Source of the DNA: Mobula hypostoma
Taxonomy: Eukaryota
Assembly (NCBI RefSeq): GCF_963921235.1
Contig: NC_086097.1
Location: 34,226,001 to 34,290,000 of the forward strand
DNA: 64,000 nucleotides
Reading direction: 5' to 3'
The notes under the pieces were generated by a model. The model was not told where the DNA came from. It worked only from the letters and a program-made list of their open reading frames with translations, and made no database searches. Position 1 is the first letter of the stretch, and each line of letters opens with the position of its first letter. Below are positions 49,548 to 62,105 of this stretch, one piece after another. The position numbers were made by a program, and so were the translations under genes.

Positions 49548-49965
49548 TTCCAAGAAAGCAGCATCCATCATCAAGAACCTCCGTCATCCAGGCCAAGCTC
49601 TCTTCTCAACTGTAGCCATCAGGAAAGAAGTCCAGGAGCTTTAGGTTCCACACCACCAGGTTCAGGGACAATTATTACCCTACAATCATCATGTTCCCGA
49701 ACCTCAACCCTGAACTGACTCAATCTATAGATTCACTTCTAAGGATATTACTATTCATGTTCACAGTATTATGTATTAGCATTTTTTTGAATTATTTGTA
49801 CGATTTGTCTTTTTTTTTGCTCATTGGTTATTTGTCAGTTTTTATGCATAGTTTTTCATAAATTCTATTATATTTCTTTATTTTCCTGTGAATGCCTGCA
49901 AGAAAATGAATCTCAGTGCTGTAAATGGTGACACATACGCACTTCGATAATAAATTTGACTGTGA
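49548..49965 (+). mobile_element. Rex1/Babar 3' end
   Basis: KKAASIIK remnant and a gataataaatttgact tail. Confidence 0.8.
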
Positions 49966-50389
49966 AGGTTGAGACATGGTTCTGGAGATGGAGAACAGTA
50001 CTCCCTGTGGCCATTGGCAATAAGCTTCATACTATGGCATGGCTGGGTTACCAGGATGCAGCTAATGGGGAAGCTAGATGGTTGGGACTGCGGATAAAAG
50101 CACTCCATTTGTCCATGCATGAATCTGAATGGATGGACCATTTAATAGGGTCCAATTACCTTGTGCAGCTGCTCCCAATTTCCTTCTGTGCAATTTGCTC
50201 AGATACAGTAGCAATTCTCCTCCAACTGAAAGCATGAATAATTTTGATGAGAGAATAACAGATTAAAAGAGAACAGTTCATGCTCTGGGGTTAAAGTTGC
50301 CACTGTTGCTCTCGCAAGTATATCACTTGCTGATCAACAGGTAAGTATGCTTCAGTATGAGGCCTATTCAGAATTTAAACTAATTCTGA

Positions 50390-50900
50390 TCAAAGTTCAA
50401 AATTCGAAGTACATATGTGACATCATATACTACCCTGAGATTCATTTTCTCGCAGGTATTCACAGTAGAACAAAAACTACTATGTAATCAATGAAAAACT
50501 ACACACAAAGGCTGACAAACAAACAAGGTGAAAAAGAATACAAACAGTGCAAATACAAAAAATAATAATTAGATATATAGATAAATAGACTAATAGATAA
50601 ATAAATAATACCGAGAGCATGAGATGTTGAGTCCTTGAAAATGAGTCGATAGGTTGTGGAATCAGTTTGGAAATGAAGGGAGTGAAGTTATCCAAGCTGG
50701 TTCAGAAGCCGGGTGGTTGAAGGGTAATAACTGTACCTGAACCTGGGGGTGTGGGACCCATGGCTCCTGTACCTCCTTCCCAATGGCAGCTGTGAGAAGA
50801 GAGCATGACTTGGATGATAGGGGACCCCAATGGTGGATTCTGCTTTCTTGTGGCAGCACTCCTTGTAGATGTGCTCAGTGGTGGGGAAGACTTTTCCTAC
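50390..50900 (-). mobile_element. Rex1/Babar 3' end
   Basis: ORF 50688..51020 (CCHKKAES..VPYHPSHALFSQLPLGRRYRS) and an (AAAGTTC)-type tail. Confidence 0.85.
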
Positions 50901-51847
50901 TGGCCATTGGCATCTTCTGCCTTTCCCAGTGTTGCAATAGTAAACTAGCACACCGGCTGCCTTCTCGGTGGATATAAAACATCCCCAGGACAATATCGAG
51001 AGAGTGCAGAGGAGTTTCATGTGGCATCTTGGCCAGGGTAAGGTACTGGAATGAACAGTGAGGAGTAGTCAAAATGGGTTGGATAAGTATCCAAAAGACA
51101 AGCATTCTCATTCAGATTCAGGTACGTTCAGAGTCAACAGGGTGCAATGAAATTCCTCGCTCACCTGAACCTCAGGTGTAAACAGTGTACGTGGTAATAA
51201 TAAATACAGTGAAATACAAAATAAGAAAATGGTGCAAGGACAGCAGTGTAATCTGAAGCAGTGCACAAAGAAGAACTAAAGTGAAAATAATGGAATAACT
51301 GTAAGAGATAGAATTACGTTTGTATGAGTCTGAGGGTCTGGCAGCGCCATTGAGAAGGTGATTGTTTCAGCACTCTGAAAACAGTGGGGAAGAAACTATT
51401 CTTGAGTCCGGTCATCTGTATCTTCTCCGAGAAGGTAAATGAGAGAACAGGGAATGACCAGGGTGATTCATGGAGGCATCATATTTGTCATTTTCCATAT
51501 TCCCCCCTCCCTTTTGCTATTCATTTGAGAACATTTTCAGACACAATGGAGCTGTTTTTAGTTCGTGCACATGTCTTATGTCATTCTCTTTTTACCTTGC
51601 ATCATTTTCTCTAAGCTCTCTTATCCACAGGGATGGGGCAGAGGCAAGGGTGTGGATCGAGATAGATTGCTTTAACTTGATGGGCTGAATGATCTCTTTC
51701 TTCTGCTATAACCATTCTGTGATTCTACCATCAACCAATTGGACTGAAGCAGATGGCCCTGTCATAGACACATTGCTCTCACTGTGATCTCGCTGGAATG
51801 TGCTACATTCCTGATATCACAATAGTGACTCAAGTCAAGTTGAGTCT

Positions 51848-53533
51848 AGTGGCACGAAGTCTATGGAATTAAGGGAAACAAGTGGTGAGATCATGGAAAC
51901 TGTACAGATCGAAAAGGAGGAGGTCCTTGTTGTCTTGAGGAAAATTAAAGTGGATAAATCCCCGGGACCTGACAGGGTGTTCCCTCGGGCCTTGAAGGAG
52001 ACTAGTGTTGAAGTTGCAGGGGCCCTGGCAGAAATATTTAAAATGTCGCTGTCGACAGGTGAGGTGCCGGAGGATTGGAGAGTGGCTCATGTTGTTCCGC
52101 TGTTTAAAAAAGGATCGAAAAGTAATCCGGGAAATTATAGGCCAGTAAGTTTAACGTCGGTAGTAGGTAAGTTATTGGAGGGCGTACTAAGAGACAGAAT
52201 CTACAAGCATTTGGATAGACAGGGACTTATTAGGGAGAGTCAACATGGCTTTGTGCGTGGTAGGTCATGTTTGACCAATCTATTGGAGTTTTTCGAGGAC
52301 GTTACCAGGAAAGTGGATGAAGGGAAGGCAGTGGATATTGTCTACATGGACTTCAGTAAGGCCTTTGACAAGGTCCTGCGTGGGAGGTTAGTTAGGAAAA
52401 TTCAGTCGCCAGGTATACATGGAGAGGTGGTAAATTGGATTAGACATTGGCTCGATGGAAGAAGCCAGAGAGTGGTGGTAGAGAATTGCTTCTCTGAGTG
52501 GAGGCCTGTGACTAGTGGTGTGCCACAGGGATCAGTGCTGGGTCCATTGTTATTTGTCATCTATATCAATGATCTGGATGATAATGTAGTAAATTGGATC
52601 AGCAAGTTTGCTGATGATACAAAGATTAGAGGTGTAGTAGACAGTGAGGAAGGTTTTCAGAGCCTGCAGAGGGACTTGGACAAGCTGGGAAAATGGGCTA
52701 AAAAATGGCAGATGGAGTTTAATACTGACAAGTGTGAGGTATTTCACGTTGGAAGGACAAACCAACGTAGAACATACAGGGTTAATGGTAAGGCACTGAG
52801 GAGTGCAGTAGAACAGAGGGATCTGGAAATACAGATACAAAATTCCCTAAAAGTGGCGTCACAGGTAGATAGGGTCGTAAAGAGAGCTTTTGGTACATTG
52901 GCCTTTATTAATCAAAGTATTGAGTATAAGAGCTGGAATGTTATGATGAGGTTGTATAAGGCATTGGTGAGGCCGAATCTGGAGTATTGTGTTCAGTTTT
53001 GGTCACCAAATTACAGGAAGGATATAAATAAGGTTGAAAGAGTGCAGAGAAGGTTTACAAGGATGTTGCCGGGACTTGAGAAACTCAGTTACAGAGAAAG
53101 GTTGAATAGGTTGGGACTTTATTCCCTGGAGCGTAGAAGAATAAGGGGAGATTTGATAGAGGTATATAAAATTATGATGGGTATAGATAGAGTGAATGCA
53201 AGCAGGCTTTTTCCACTGAGGCAAGGGGAGAAAAAAACCAGAGGACATGGGTTTAGGGTGAGGGGGGAGAAGTTTAAAGGGAACATTAGGGGGGGGCTTC
53301 TTCACACAGAGAGTGGTGGGAGTATGGAATGAGCTACCAGATGAGGTGGTAAATGCGGGTTCTTTTTTAACATTTAAGAATAAATTGGACAGATATATGG
53401 ATGAGAGGTGTATGGAGGCTTATGGTCCGTGTGCAGGTTAGTGGGACTAGGCAGAAAATGGTTCGGCACAACCAAGAAGGGCTAAAAGGCCTGTTTCTGT
53501 GCTGTAGTTTCTATGGTTTCTATGGTTTCTATA
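51848..53533 (+). mobile_element. Young 5'-truncated CR1 (HER1-like) with open RT domain
   Basis: 489-aa ORF 51863..53332 with NYRPVSLTSV, QHGF, DFSKAFD, GVPQGSVLGP and KFADD, ending in a (TTTCTATGG)n tail. Confidence 0.95.
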
Positions 53534-53654
53534 GTGCTGTTGTCCAAAGTCATTTAGAAACACGAAATGAATGTAAGCTTTACTCTTTCTCTTTTTAAAT
53601 TATTGATCTATCTAATTTCCCCGATTTTTTTTTAAGTACCTTCTGCTCATTCTG

Positions 53655-54685
53655 CATGGAGGTCGGTGACCAGTGGTGTTCCGCAGGGATCTATTCTGGG
53701 AACACTCCTCTTATAAATGACCTGGATGAAGAAGTAGAAGGAGGGGTTAGTAAGTTCGCTGATGACACGAAGGTTGGGGGTTTTGTGGAGAGTCTAGAGG
53801 ATTGTCGGAGGTTACAGCGGGACATCAATAGGATGCAGAACTGGCCAGAGAAGTGGTAGATGGAGTTCAACCCAGATAAGTATGAGATAGTTCATTTTGG
53901 TAGGTCAAATATGATGGCAGAATATTGTATTAATGGTAAGACTTTTGGCAGTGTGCAGGATCTGAGAGATCTTGGGGTCCATGTCGATAGGACACTCAAA
54001 GCTGCTGCTCAGGTTGACAGTGTTGTTAAGAAGGCGTATGGTGCATTGGCCTTCATCAACCGTGGGACTGAGTTTAAGAGCTGTATAGCTATATAGGACC
54101 CTGCTCAGACCCCACTTGGAGTACAGTGCTCAGTTCTGGTCACCTCACTACAGGAAGGATGTGGAAACCATAGAAAGGATGCAAAGGAGATTTACAAGGA
54201 TGTTGCCCTAGATTGGGGAGCATGCCTTATGAGAATAGGTTGAGTGAACTTGGCCTTTTCTCCTTGGAGCAACGGAGGATGAGAGGTGACCTGATGGAGA
54301 TGTATAAGATGATGAGAGGCATTGAATGTGTGGATAGCAAGAGGCTTTTTCCCAGGGCTGAGATGGCTAACACGAGGAGGCATAGTTTTAAGGTGCTTGG
54401 AAATAGGTAACCGAGGTGACGTCAGGGGTAAGTTTTTCACACTGAGGTTGGTGGGTGCGTGGAATGCACTATTGGCCACGGTGGTGGAACCAGATACAAT
54501 AAGGTCTTTTAAGACCCTCTTAGAAAGGCACATGGAGCTTAGGAAAATAGAGAGCTAGGTGGCAGGGAAATTCTTGGCTGTCTCTGGAGAAGGTTACATG
54601 GTCAGCACAACATTGTGGGCCGAAGGGCCTGTAATGTGCTGTAAATTTCTATGTTCTTTGTTCTATATTCTATGTTCTATGTTCA
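53655..54685 (+). mobile_element. CR1 3' half, frameshifted
   Basis: SKFADDTKVGG and LGLFSLEQRRMRGDL motifs, with a (TTCTATG)n tail. Confidence 0.9.
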
Positions 54686-56588
54686 TTTGGTTGTAGGCTA
54701 GAAATCAGTTTGGGAATTTACTTTCAATGTATAAGCAAATAATTTGTTGAAGTTATATCTAGTAACTTTAAGAAGAAAGTAGGTGAAACAGATTTTGTGT
54801 TAGATCAATGGAATATTTATGCACATACCTGCATTTCTGTATATCCAGAAGCACTTTGCAAAAAGAGCTATCAGTCAGAATTCTTCTGAAGTTCCACCTA
54901 ATGTCATCCTTTAAATATTCGAAGAATAAAACCAGAGGCGCAACAAGACTGAAAGACTTTCCTTTTAGAACCTACAATAGGAGTGGGCATGTGTGGAAAT
55001 TGTGAATACTAACTAACTGGGACTCCAGGACACCTGCAGGTTTGGCACTCTGGTACTCTTATCTGCCAAGCAAAGCTTTGTCTCAATTGTTATGTAAAGC
55101 TAAGAAACATGTTCCTTGACTGAAATATTGATGTGGTAAGCAGTTTTTTAAAGAAAAGGTGGAGTGATTGGGGAAAAAAAGCGCTCAAGAGAAGGAACAG
55201 AATCATCTGCAAAAGGAGAAGCAATTGAACTGTAAGGTCAGTTATCTCCTGTTGGAGCTGGATGATAGAAACAAGCAGCTTTTTAGCAAATAAAAATCTA
55301 GGGAACTTTAGATCATAACTACCACTCCCATTTCCTCTCAAACAGCAGCTGTTGATAATGGAGAAAAGCTGTACCTTTGTGAGTGGAAAATCTATAGGCT
55401 GATGTTTTGTTCTCTACTGCCACGTGGCTGTCCACTCGTCCTCATCCACAAAGACAAGTTGCCTGTCTTCTGCCACATCTTCACATCACGGAGGAATCGC
55501 ATTTGTCATTTTCCATATTCTCCCCTCCCTTCTGTTATTCCTTTAAGAACATTTTCAGATACAATGGAGCTGTTTTTAGTTTCTGCACATGTCTCATGTC
55601 ATTCTCTTTTTGCCTTGCATCATTTTCCCTTTGGTCAGCTCTAAGCTCTCTTATTCTTCCCTTGGTCTGGCTTCAGACCTGCTGAAAACTGTCTGCGTTT
55701 GCTGTTTCCCCACTCCATCTGACTTCAAAGGTCATCTTTCTTCCATGCTGCACTAGATGTTACCTGAATCTGCTCTGCGTCTCCAGCGTTTTTGGTTTTA
55801 ATTTCAGTTTATGGAGTATTCTGCTGTACTGAATAAGCAAAACCCAAGCTGATGCTGTTGATCCCTGCACAGGCAGCTCTGTTGTTTGAAGCTATGAATA
55901 TAGGTTATGTCTTTGGAGAAATTAAAAAAGAAATCCTTTCATGGTTGGAAAAGCAGCTGAACAGGGTTTCAAAGCCATTTTGGGGATTAAAAAAAAACTA
56001 ATCCTCGACATCACTAACTGTTATTCAGAAAGCCTAAATGCGTTTTGTATTGAGTGCAAGGTACTACATAAAATCGAAGTATCTTCTTCAGTCAGGAGCA
56101 GATAGCAGTGATAAATAGGAAAGTATTCAGACTTGCAATCAAACATGGAGAGATGGAGAATTTATCTCCTCGATTAGATGGAATTGGCCAGACTAGATGA
56201 GGGGATTTAAAACCGAGGGTGTACCATACTCTCTACAGATGAACAGTGGAGAGTATCCTGACTGGTTGCATCATGTCCAGCTAAGGAAACACCAGTGCCC
56301 AAGGACAGAAAAGCCTACAAAAAGTGTTGGATACAGTCCAGTTCAATATAGGAAAATCACTCCCTACCACTGAGCACACCTACAAGGGCCCCCACCATCT
56401 GGGCCATGCTGTCTTCTTGCTGCTGCCAGCCAGAGCCTGAACCAGGCCACCAGCTTCCGGAACAATTATCCTTCAACCATGAGGCTCCTGAACCAGCGTG
56501 GATAACTTCAATCACCTCATCACTGAACCTGTCACTAAATATTACCTGTAGACATACTTTCAAGGAGTCTACAACTCATGTTCTCAGT

Positions 56589-58765
56589 AACACTCACAAC
56601 ACGCCGGAGGAACTCAGCAGGTCGGGCAGCATCCGTGGAAACGATCAGTTAACGTTTCGGGCCGGAACCCTTCGTCGGGACTGTAGAGGGAAGGGGCAGA
56701 GAGGCCCTATAAAGAAAGTGGGGGGAGGGTGGGAAGGAGAAGGCTGGTAGGTGCCAGGTGAAAAACCAGTAAGGGGAAAGATAAAAGGGTGGGGGAGGGG
56801 ATAGGCAGGAAAGGTGAAGAAGGAATAGGGGAAAACAGAATGGGTAGTAAAAGGAGGTGGAACCAAGAGGGAGGAGGTAGGCAGCTGGGGGAGGGGGCAG
56901 AGTGAAACTGGGATAGGGGAAGGGAAGGGGAGGGAATTACCGGAAGTTGGAGAATTCAATGTTCATACCAAGGGGCTGGAGACTACCCAGACAGTATATG
57001 AGGTGTTGCTCCTCCAACCTGAGTTTAGCCTCATCATGGCAGTAGAGGAGGCCATGTATGGACATATCTGAATGGGAATGTGAAGCAGAATTGAAGTGGG
57101 TGGCAACCGGGAGATCCTGTCTGTTGTGGTGGACGGAGCAGAGGTGCTCGACGAAGCGGTCTCCCAATCTGCGTCGGGTCTCACCGATGTAGAGGAGGCC
57201 GCACCGGGAGCACCGGGAGCACCGGATGTAATAGATGACCCCAACAGACTCACAAGTGAAGAGTTGCCTCACCTGGAAGGACTGTTTGGGGCCCTGAATA
57301 GTGGTGAGAGAGAAGGTGTAGGGACAGATGTGGCACTTACATTTGCAGGGATAAGTGCCGGGTGGGAGATCCGTGGGGAGGGACGTATGGACCAGGGAGT
57401 CGTGGAGGGACCGATCCCTGCAGAAAGCAGAGAGGAGTGGAGAGGGAAAGATGTGCTTAGTGGTGGGGTCCTGTTGAAGGTGGCGGAAGTTGCAGAGGAT
57501 AATGTGTTGGATCCGGAGGCTGGTGGGGTGGTAGGTGAGGACAAGGGGAACTCTGTCCCTGTTGTGGTGGCGGGAGGATGGGGTGAGGGCTGAAGTGTGG
57601 GAAATGGAGGAGATGCGGGTGAGGGCATCATTGATGATGGCAGAAGGGAAACCACGATCCTTAAAGAAAGAGGACATTTAAGATTTCCTGGAATGGAAAG
57701 CCTCATCCTCGGAGCAAATGCAGCGGAGACGGAGAAACTGGGAATAGGGAATGACACTTTTTCATGTGGTAGGGTGCGAAGAGGTATAGTCGAGGTAGTT
57801 ATGAGAGTCAGTGGGCTTGTAGAAGATGTCAGTGGACAGTCTGTCTCCAGAGATGGAGACTGAGAGATCGAGAAAGGGGAGAGAAGTGTCCGAGATGGAC
57901 CAAGTGAATTTGAGGGCTGGGTGGAAGTTTGAAGTAAAGTCGATGAAATTGACGAGCTCAGCATGGGTGCAGGAAGCAGCACCAATGTAGTCGTCAATGT
58001 AGCGAAGGAAAAGTTGGGGAACAATACCAGTATAGGTTTGGAGCATAGATTGTTCCACACAACCAATGAAGAGGCAGGCATAGCTGGGGCCCATGTGAGT
58101 GTCCATAGCTACACCCTTAGTCTGAAGAAAGTGGGAAGAGCCAAAAGAGAAGTTATTAAGTGTGACTGCCAGTTCCGTCAACCGGAGGAGGGTAGTGTAG
58201 TGGGGAACTGGTGAGGTCTATTGTCCAGAAAGTAGCGGAGGACTTTGAGGCCTTCTTCATGGGGAATGGAGATGTAGAGGGATTGGACATCCATAGTGAA
58301 AATGAAGCGGTTGGGACCGGGGAACTGGAAGTTATTGAAGAGGTGGAGGGCATGGGATGTATCCCGGATGTAGATGGGGAGGGACTGAACTATGGGTGAC
58401 AAAATGGAGTCCAGGTAGGCAGATACAAGTTCAGGGGGGCAAGAGCAGGCAGAAACTATAGGTCTATTGGGACAATCAGGCTTGTGGATCTTGGGGAGGA
58501 GGTAAAACCGAGCAGTGCGGAGTGTGGGAATTATGAGTTTTATGGCTGAGGATGGAAGGTCTCTGGTGTTGATAAGGATGGTGATGGTACGGGAGACAAC
58601 GGTTTGATATTTTTTGGAGGGATCCTGTTCCAGGGGTAAGTAAGAGGCGGTGTCAGAGAGCTGCCGTTTGGCCTCAGTGAGGTAGAGGTCCGTCCGCCAG
58701 ACTACTACAGCACCACCTTTGTCTGAGGGTTTGATGGTGAGGGTGGGATTAGTGCGGAGAGAGTG
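56589..58765 (-). mobile_element. Penelope-like element (Neptune-type), RT + Cys linker + GIY-YIG, 5'-truncated, 9-bp TSD
   Basis: IKPSDKGGAVVV, FYLLPKIHKP, MDVQSLY, LFLRYIDD, FYKPTD, CKCKCHICP and VIYYIRC...LYIGET motifs, with ~2 frameshifts. TSD gttctcagt at 56580-56588 and 58766-58774. Confidence 0.95.
56646..56683 (-). ncRNA. Minimal hammerhead motif (variant core CCGACGA)
   Basis: CAGUC-CCGACGA-A-GGGU(UCCG)GCCC-GAAA-C-GUU-AACUG; the U4-to-C change probably impairs activity. Confidence 0.55.
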
Positions 58766-59039
58766 GTTCTCAGTTTTATTTATTAACTTCTTATTATTAT
58801 TTATTAATATTTTTAGAACTTCTTTTTTGTATTTGCAGCTAGTCTTCTTTTCACGTTGGTTGCTTCTCCATCTTTGTCTGTAGGTTTTCATTGATTCTAT
58901 TGTATTTCTTTGTTCTATGGTGAATCCCTGCAAGAAAATGAATCTAAGGGTGACATACATGTAGTCTGATAATAAATTAACTTTGAACTCTGAACTGTGA
59001 AATCGATAGACTTCTGATCAAATGAAACTGGCCTACCGG

Positions 59040-59515
59040 GGAATCAAAATCAGAATCAGGTTTAATTTCACCGTCATATATTGTGAAAAATGTGTTAACT
59101 TTGCAGCAGCAGTACAATGCAATACATGACAAATAGGGGAAAAATCTGAATTATAGTAATTATATATGTATATTAAATAGTAAGGTTAAAATACGAGGTG
59201 CAAAAGCAGAAATAAAAAAACATAGTGAGGTAGTGTTCACGGGATCAATGTCCATTTAGGAATTGGGTGGCAGAGAGGAAGAAGCTGTTCCTGAATTAAT
59301 GAGTGTGTGCCTTTCAACTTCAGCATCTGTTTCCTGACGGTACCAATGAGAAGAGGCATGTCCTGGGTGAAGAGGGTCCTTAACGATGGACTCTGCCTTC
59401 CTGAGGCACCGGTCCTTGAAGATGTTTTGGATATTACAGGGGCTAGTACCCATGATGGAGCCGACTAATTTGACAACTTTCTGCAGCTTACTTCGATCTT
59501 GTGCAGTAGCCTTGA
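59040..59515 (-). mobile_element. Rex1/Babar 3' end
   Basis: ORF 59256..59531 (ATAQDRSKLQKVV...RCLRKAESIVKDPLHPGH). Confidence 0.85.
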
Positions 59516-59839
59516 ACTGGTCAGCCTTCAAGGCTAAATATAGCTTCCCAATAACCTCTCACACTTCGCTGCTCCATATAATCTCCAAGGAGTGACAAAA
59601 AATTGGGAGTCAAGCCCCTGGAGTAATGATAACACAATGCTAAAATATCTTTTTTCACTTCATCAGGTCAACAAAACCAGTAAAGTGTCAAGTACTATTC
59701 ATAAAAGAACAGTATTGTTTATTGTCAGTTGTAATGTGGTTGTAAACCTCATTGCACTGTGCAAGAGTGATCACAAACTGGCTTGAGCTGCCCAGACAGT
59801 GGCATTTTTTAATATGCAGTCTTTCCACATAATGGGAAG

Positions 59840-60845
59840 GGAGGCACAATGGTAGAACCACTGATTTACAGCACCCGAGACCTGCGTTCAATCCTGACCT
59901 TAGATGTGTGCAGTTTGCATATTCCCTTTTAGAGCTCTGGTTTCATCTCTCATCCAATTTTTGTTTTTGGACTGGTAGCTTAATCGGGCACTTTATTTTG
60001 CTCCTAGTGTATAGATTAGATTAGATTATGAGAACACTCAGTCCTCTTTTATTGTCATTTAGAAATGCATACATGCATTAAGAAATGATACAATGTTTTT
60101 CCGGAGTGATATTACAGAAAACAGGACAAACCAAAGACTAACACTGACAGAACCACATAATTATAACATATAGTTACAGCAGTGCAAAACAATACTATAA
60201 TTTGATGAAGAACAAACCATGGGCATGGTAAATAAAGTCTCAAAAGTCCCCAAGTCGATCGACTCCCAAGTCCCCGATAGCAGGCGGCAAAAGGGAGGAA
60301 CTCCCTGCCATAAACCTCCAGGCACCGTCAACTTGCCGATGCCTTGGAAGCAGCCGACCACAGCCGACACTGAGTCCATCCGTCCGAAAACTTTGAGCTT
60401 CTGACCAGCCCCTCCGATACAGCCTCCCGGGCGCCATACTCTGATGAGCGCCTTCGACCTCGCCCCGGCCACTGAAACAAGCAAAGCCGAGGATTTCGGG
60501 GCCTTCCGCTCCGGAGATTCCGGTTACCACACAGTTTCAGCGGCAGCAAAGCGGGCATTTCAGAAGTTTCACCAGATGTTCCTCCGTACTCTCACGTCTG
60601 TCTCCATCAAATCAGAATTGTGCACGGTCCCCTACTTGACAGATAACAGACATCACCACCGAAGTGGCCGCGCGCGCTGCCATCGCGCCGCCATCGCGCC
60701 GCCATCTTCCCCTCCTCCTTCCAGAGGGGGTTGATGAAAATGTGAGGAGAATTAAATGGGATTGATGAAGAATTGGTCTAAGTGGATGGCTGATGGTTGG
60801 TGTGGATTCAAAGGCCTTGTTTCCATGTTGCATGTCTTCAGGACT
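59840..60845 (+). mobile_element. HE1/V-SINE-like SINE split by insertion 60012-60715
   Basis: B-box gttcaatcc (~59886) and a V-core remnant; the CR1-like tail resumes at ~60722. Confidence 0.65.
60012..60715 (-). mobile_element. Apparently full-length ORF-less retroposon with GC-rich AAGATGGCG head and (TCTAA)n tail
   Basis: The minus strand begins GGAGGGGAAGATGGCGGCGCGATGGCGG and ends AATAAAA...(TCTAA)n. A relative lies at 24185-24773. Confidence 0.8.
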
Positions 60846-60947
60846 CAGGAACATGCGGAGAACCAGATTCACCATAATACGCCCCAGCAGATCTATGAGG
60901 GTATGCCACACAAAGCTGACAGACTTTTGATGTATAAAACAGGAATA

Positions 60948-62105
60948 AAACATAGAACATAGAACAGTACAACATGGGCACAGGCCATTCAGCCAGCAGT
61001 GTTATCACAAACCAGCTGAAATGCAAATCAAAAGCACCCAAACATCAATCATGCCTACCTTCACCGCCCATATCCCTACATCTTCCTTACATCCATGTGC
61101 CTATCCAAATGTCTCTTAGAAGCCTCTAATCTATTTGCCTCTACCACCATACCAGGCAGTGCATACCAGGCATCCACCACTCTGAGTAAAATACTTACTC
61201 CTCACATCCCCCTTGAACCTACCCCCCTCACCTTCAATGTTTGCCCTTTTGTATCAGAGATTTCAATCCTGGGAAGCAGATACACTCTGTCCACTCTATC
61301 TATGCCTCTCATAATCTTGTAATCCTCTATCAGATCTCCCCTCAGCCTCTGACGCTCCAGAGAAAGCAACCCAAGTTTATCCAGTCTCTCGCGATCGCAC
61401 ATTCCCTCTAAACCAGGCAGCATCGTGGTAAGCCTCTTCTACACCCTCTTTAAATCTTTAACATCTTTCCTATACTGGGGTGACCAGAACTGTGTGCAAT
61501 ACTCCAGATGTGGCCTAACCAGAGTTTTATAAAGTGGCAACTCATTGCCTCAACTAATAAAAGCAAGAATTCCATAAGCCTTCTGAACCACCTTACCGAC
61601 CTGTGTAGCCATTTTCAAGGAGCTATGAAGTTGGATCCCAAGATCTTTTTGCTCAGCAACACTGTTAAGAATCTTGCCCTTAACAGGGTACCATCTCCTT
61701 GCATTTGCCCTACCAAGGTACAACACCTCACATTTATGTGGGCTAAACTCCATCTGCCATTTCTCAGCCCATATCTGCAACTGATCTATATCGTGCTGTA
61801 TTCTTTACCGGTCTTCTACACTATCCACAACTCCACCAATCTTGGTATCATTCACAAACCTACTAACCCACCCATCTACGTTTTCATTCAGGTGATTTAT
61901 ATACATCACAAACAGCAGAGGTCCCAGCACAGATCCCTGTGGAACTCCACTAATTGCACACCTCCAGCCTGAGTAAGTTCCTTTAAGCACCACCCTGTCT
62001 TCCTAGTGCAAGCCAGTTCTGAATCCCAGCAGCCAATTCGCTTTGCCACAGACCCCACGCATCTTAATCTTTTGGAACAGTCTCCCATGAGGGTCTTTGT
62101 CAAAC
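60948..62105 (-). mobile_element. CR1 3' half
   Basis: (CATAGAA)n tail at the left; antisense GVPQGSVLGPLLF, WAEKWQMEF and LRGDLIE motifs. Confidence 0.9.

Larger units (their letters stand above)
56220..58995 (+). mobile_element. Rex1/Babar 3' end split by the Penelope insertion
   Basis: Remnant at 56220-56588 (ESILTGCI). The 3' UTR resumes at 58766 and ends in a (GAACTTT)-type tail. Confidence 0.8.

Noticed and set aside
58766..58960. N-terminal 65 aa of ORF 58178..58960 as a novel RT fusion
   Set aside because: Chance read-through from an antisense Rex/Babar 3' UTR across the TSD into the Penelope RT, which is frameshifted downstream.
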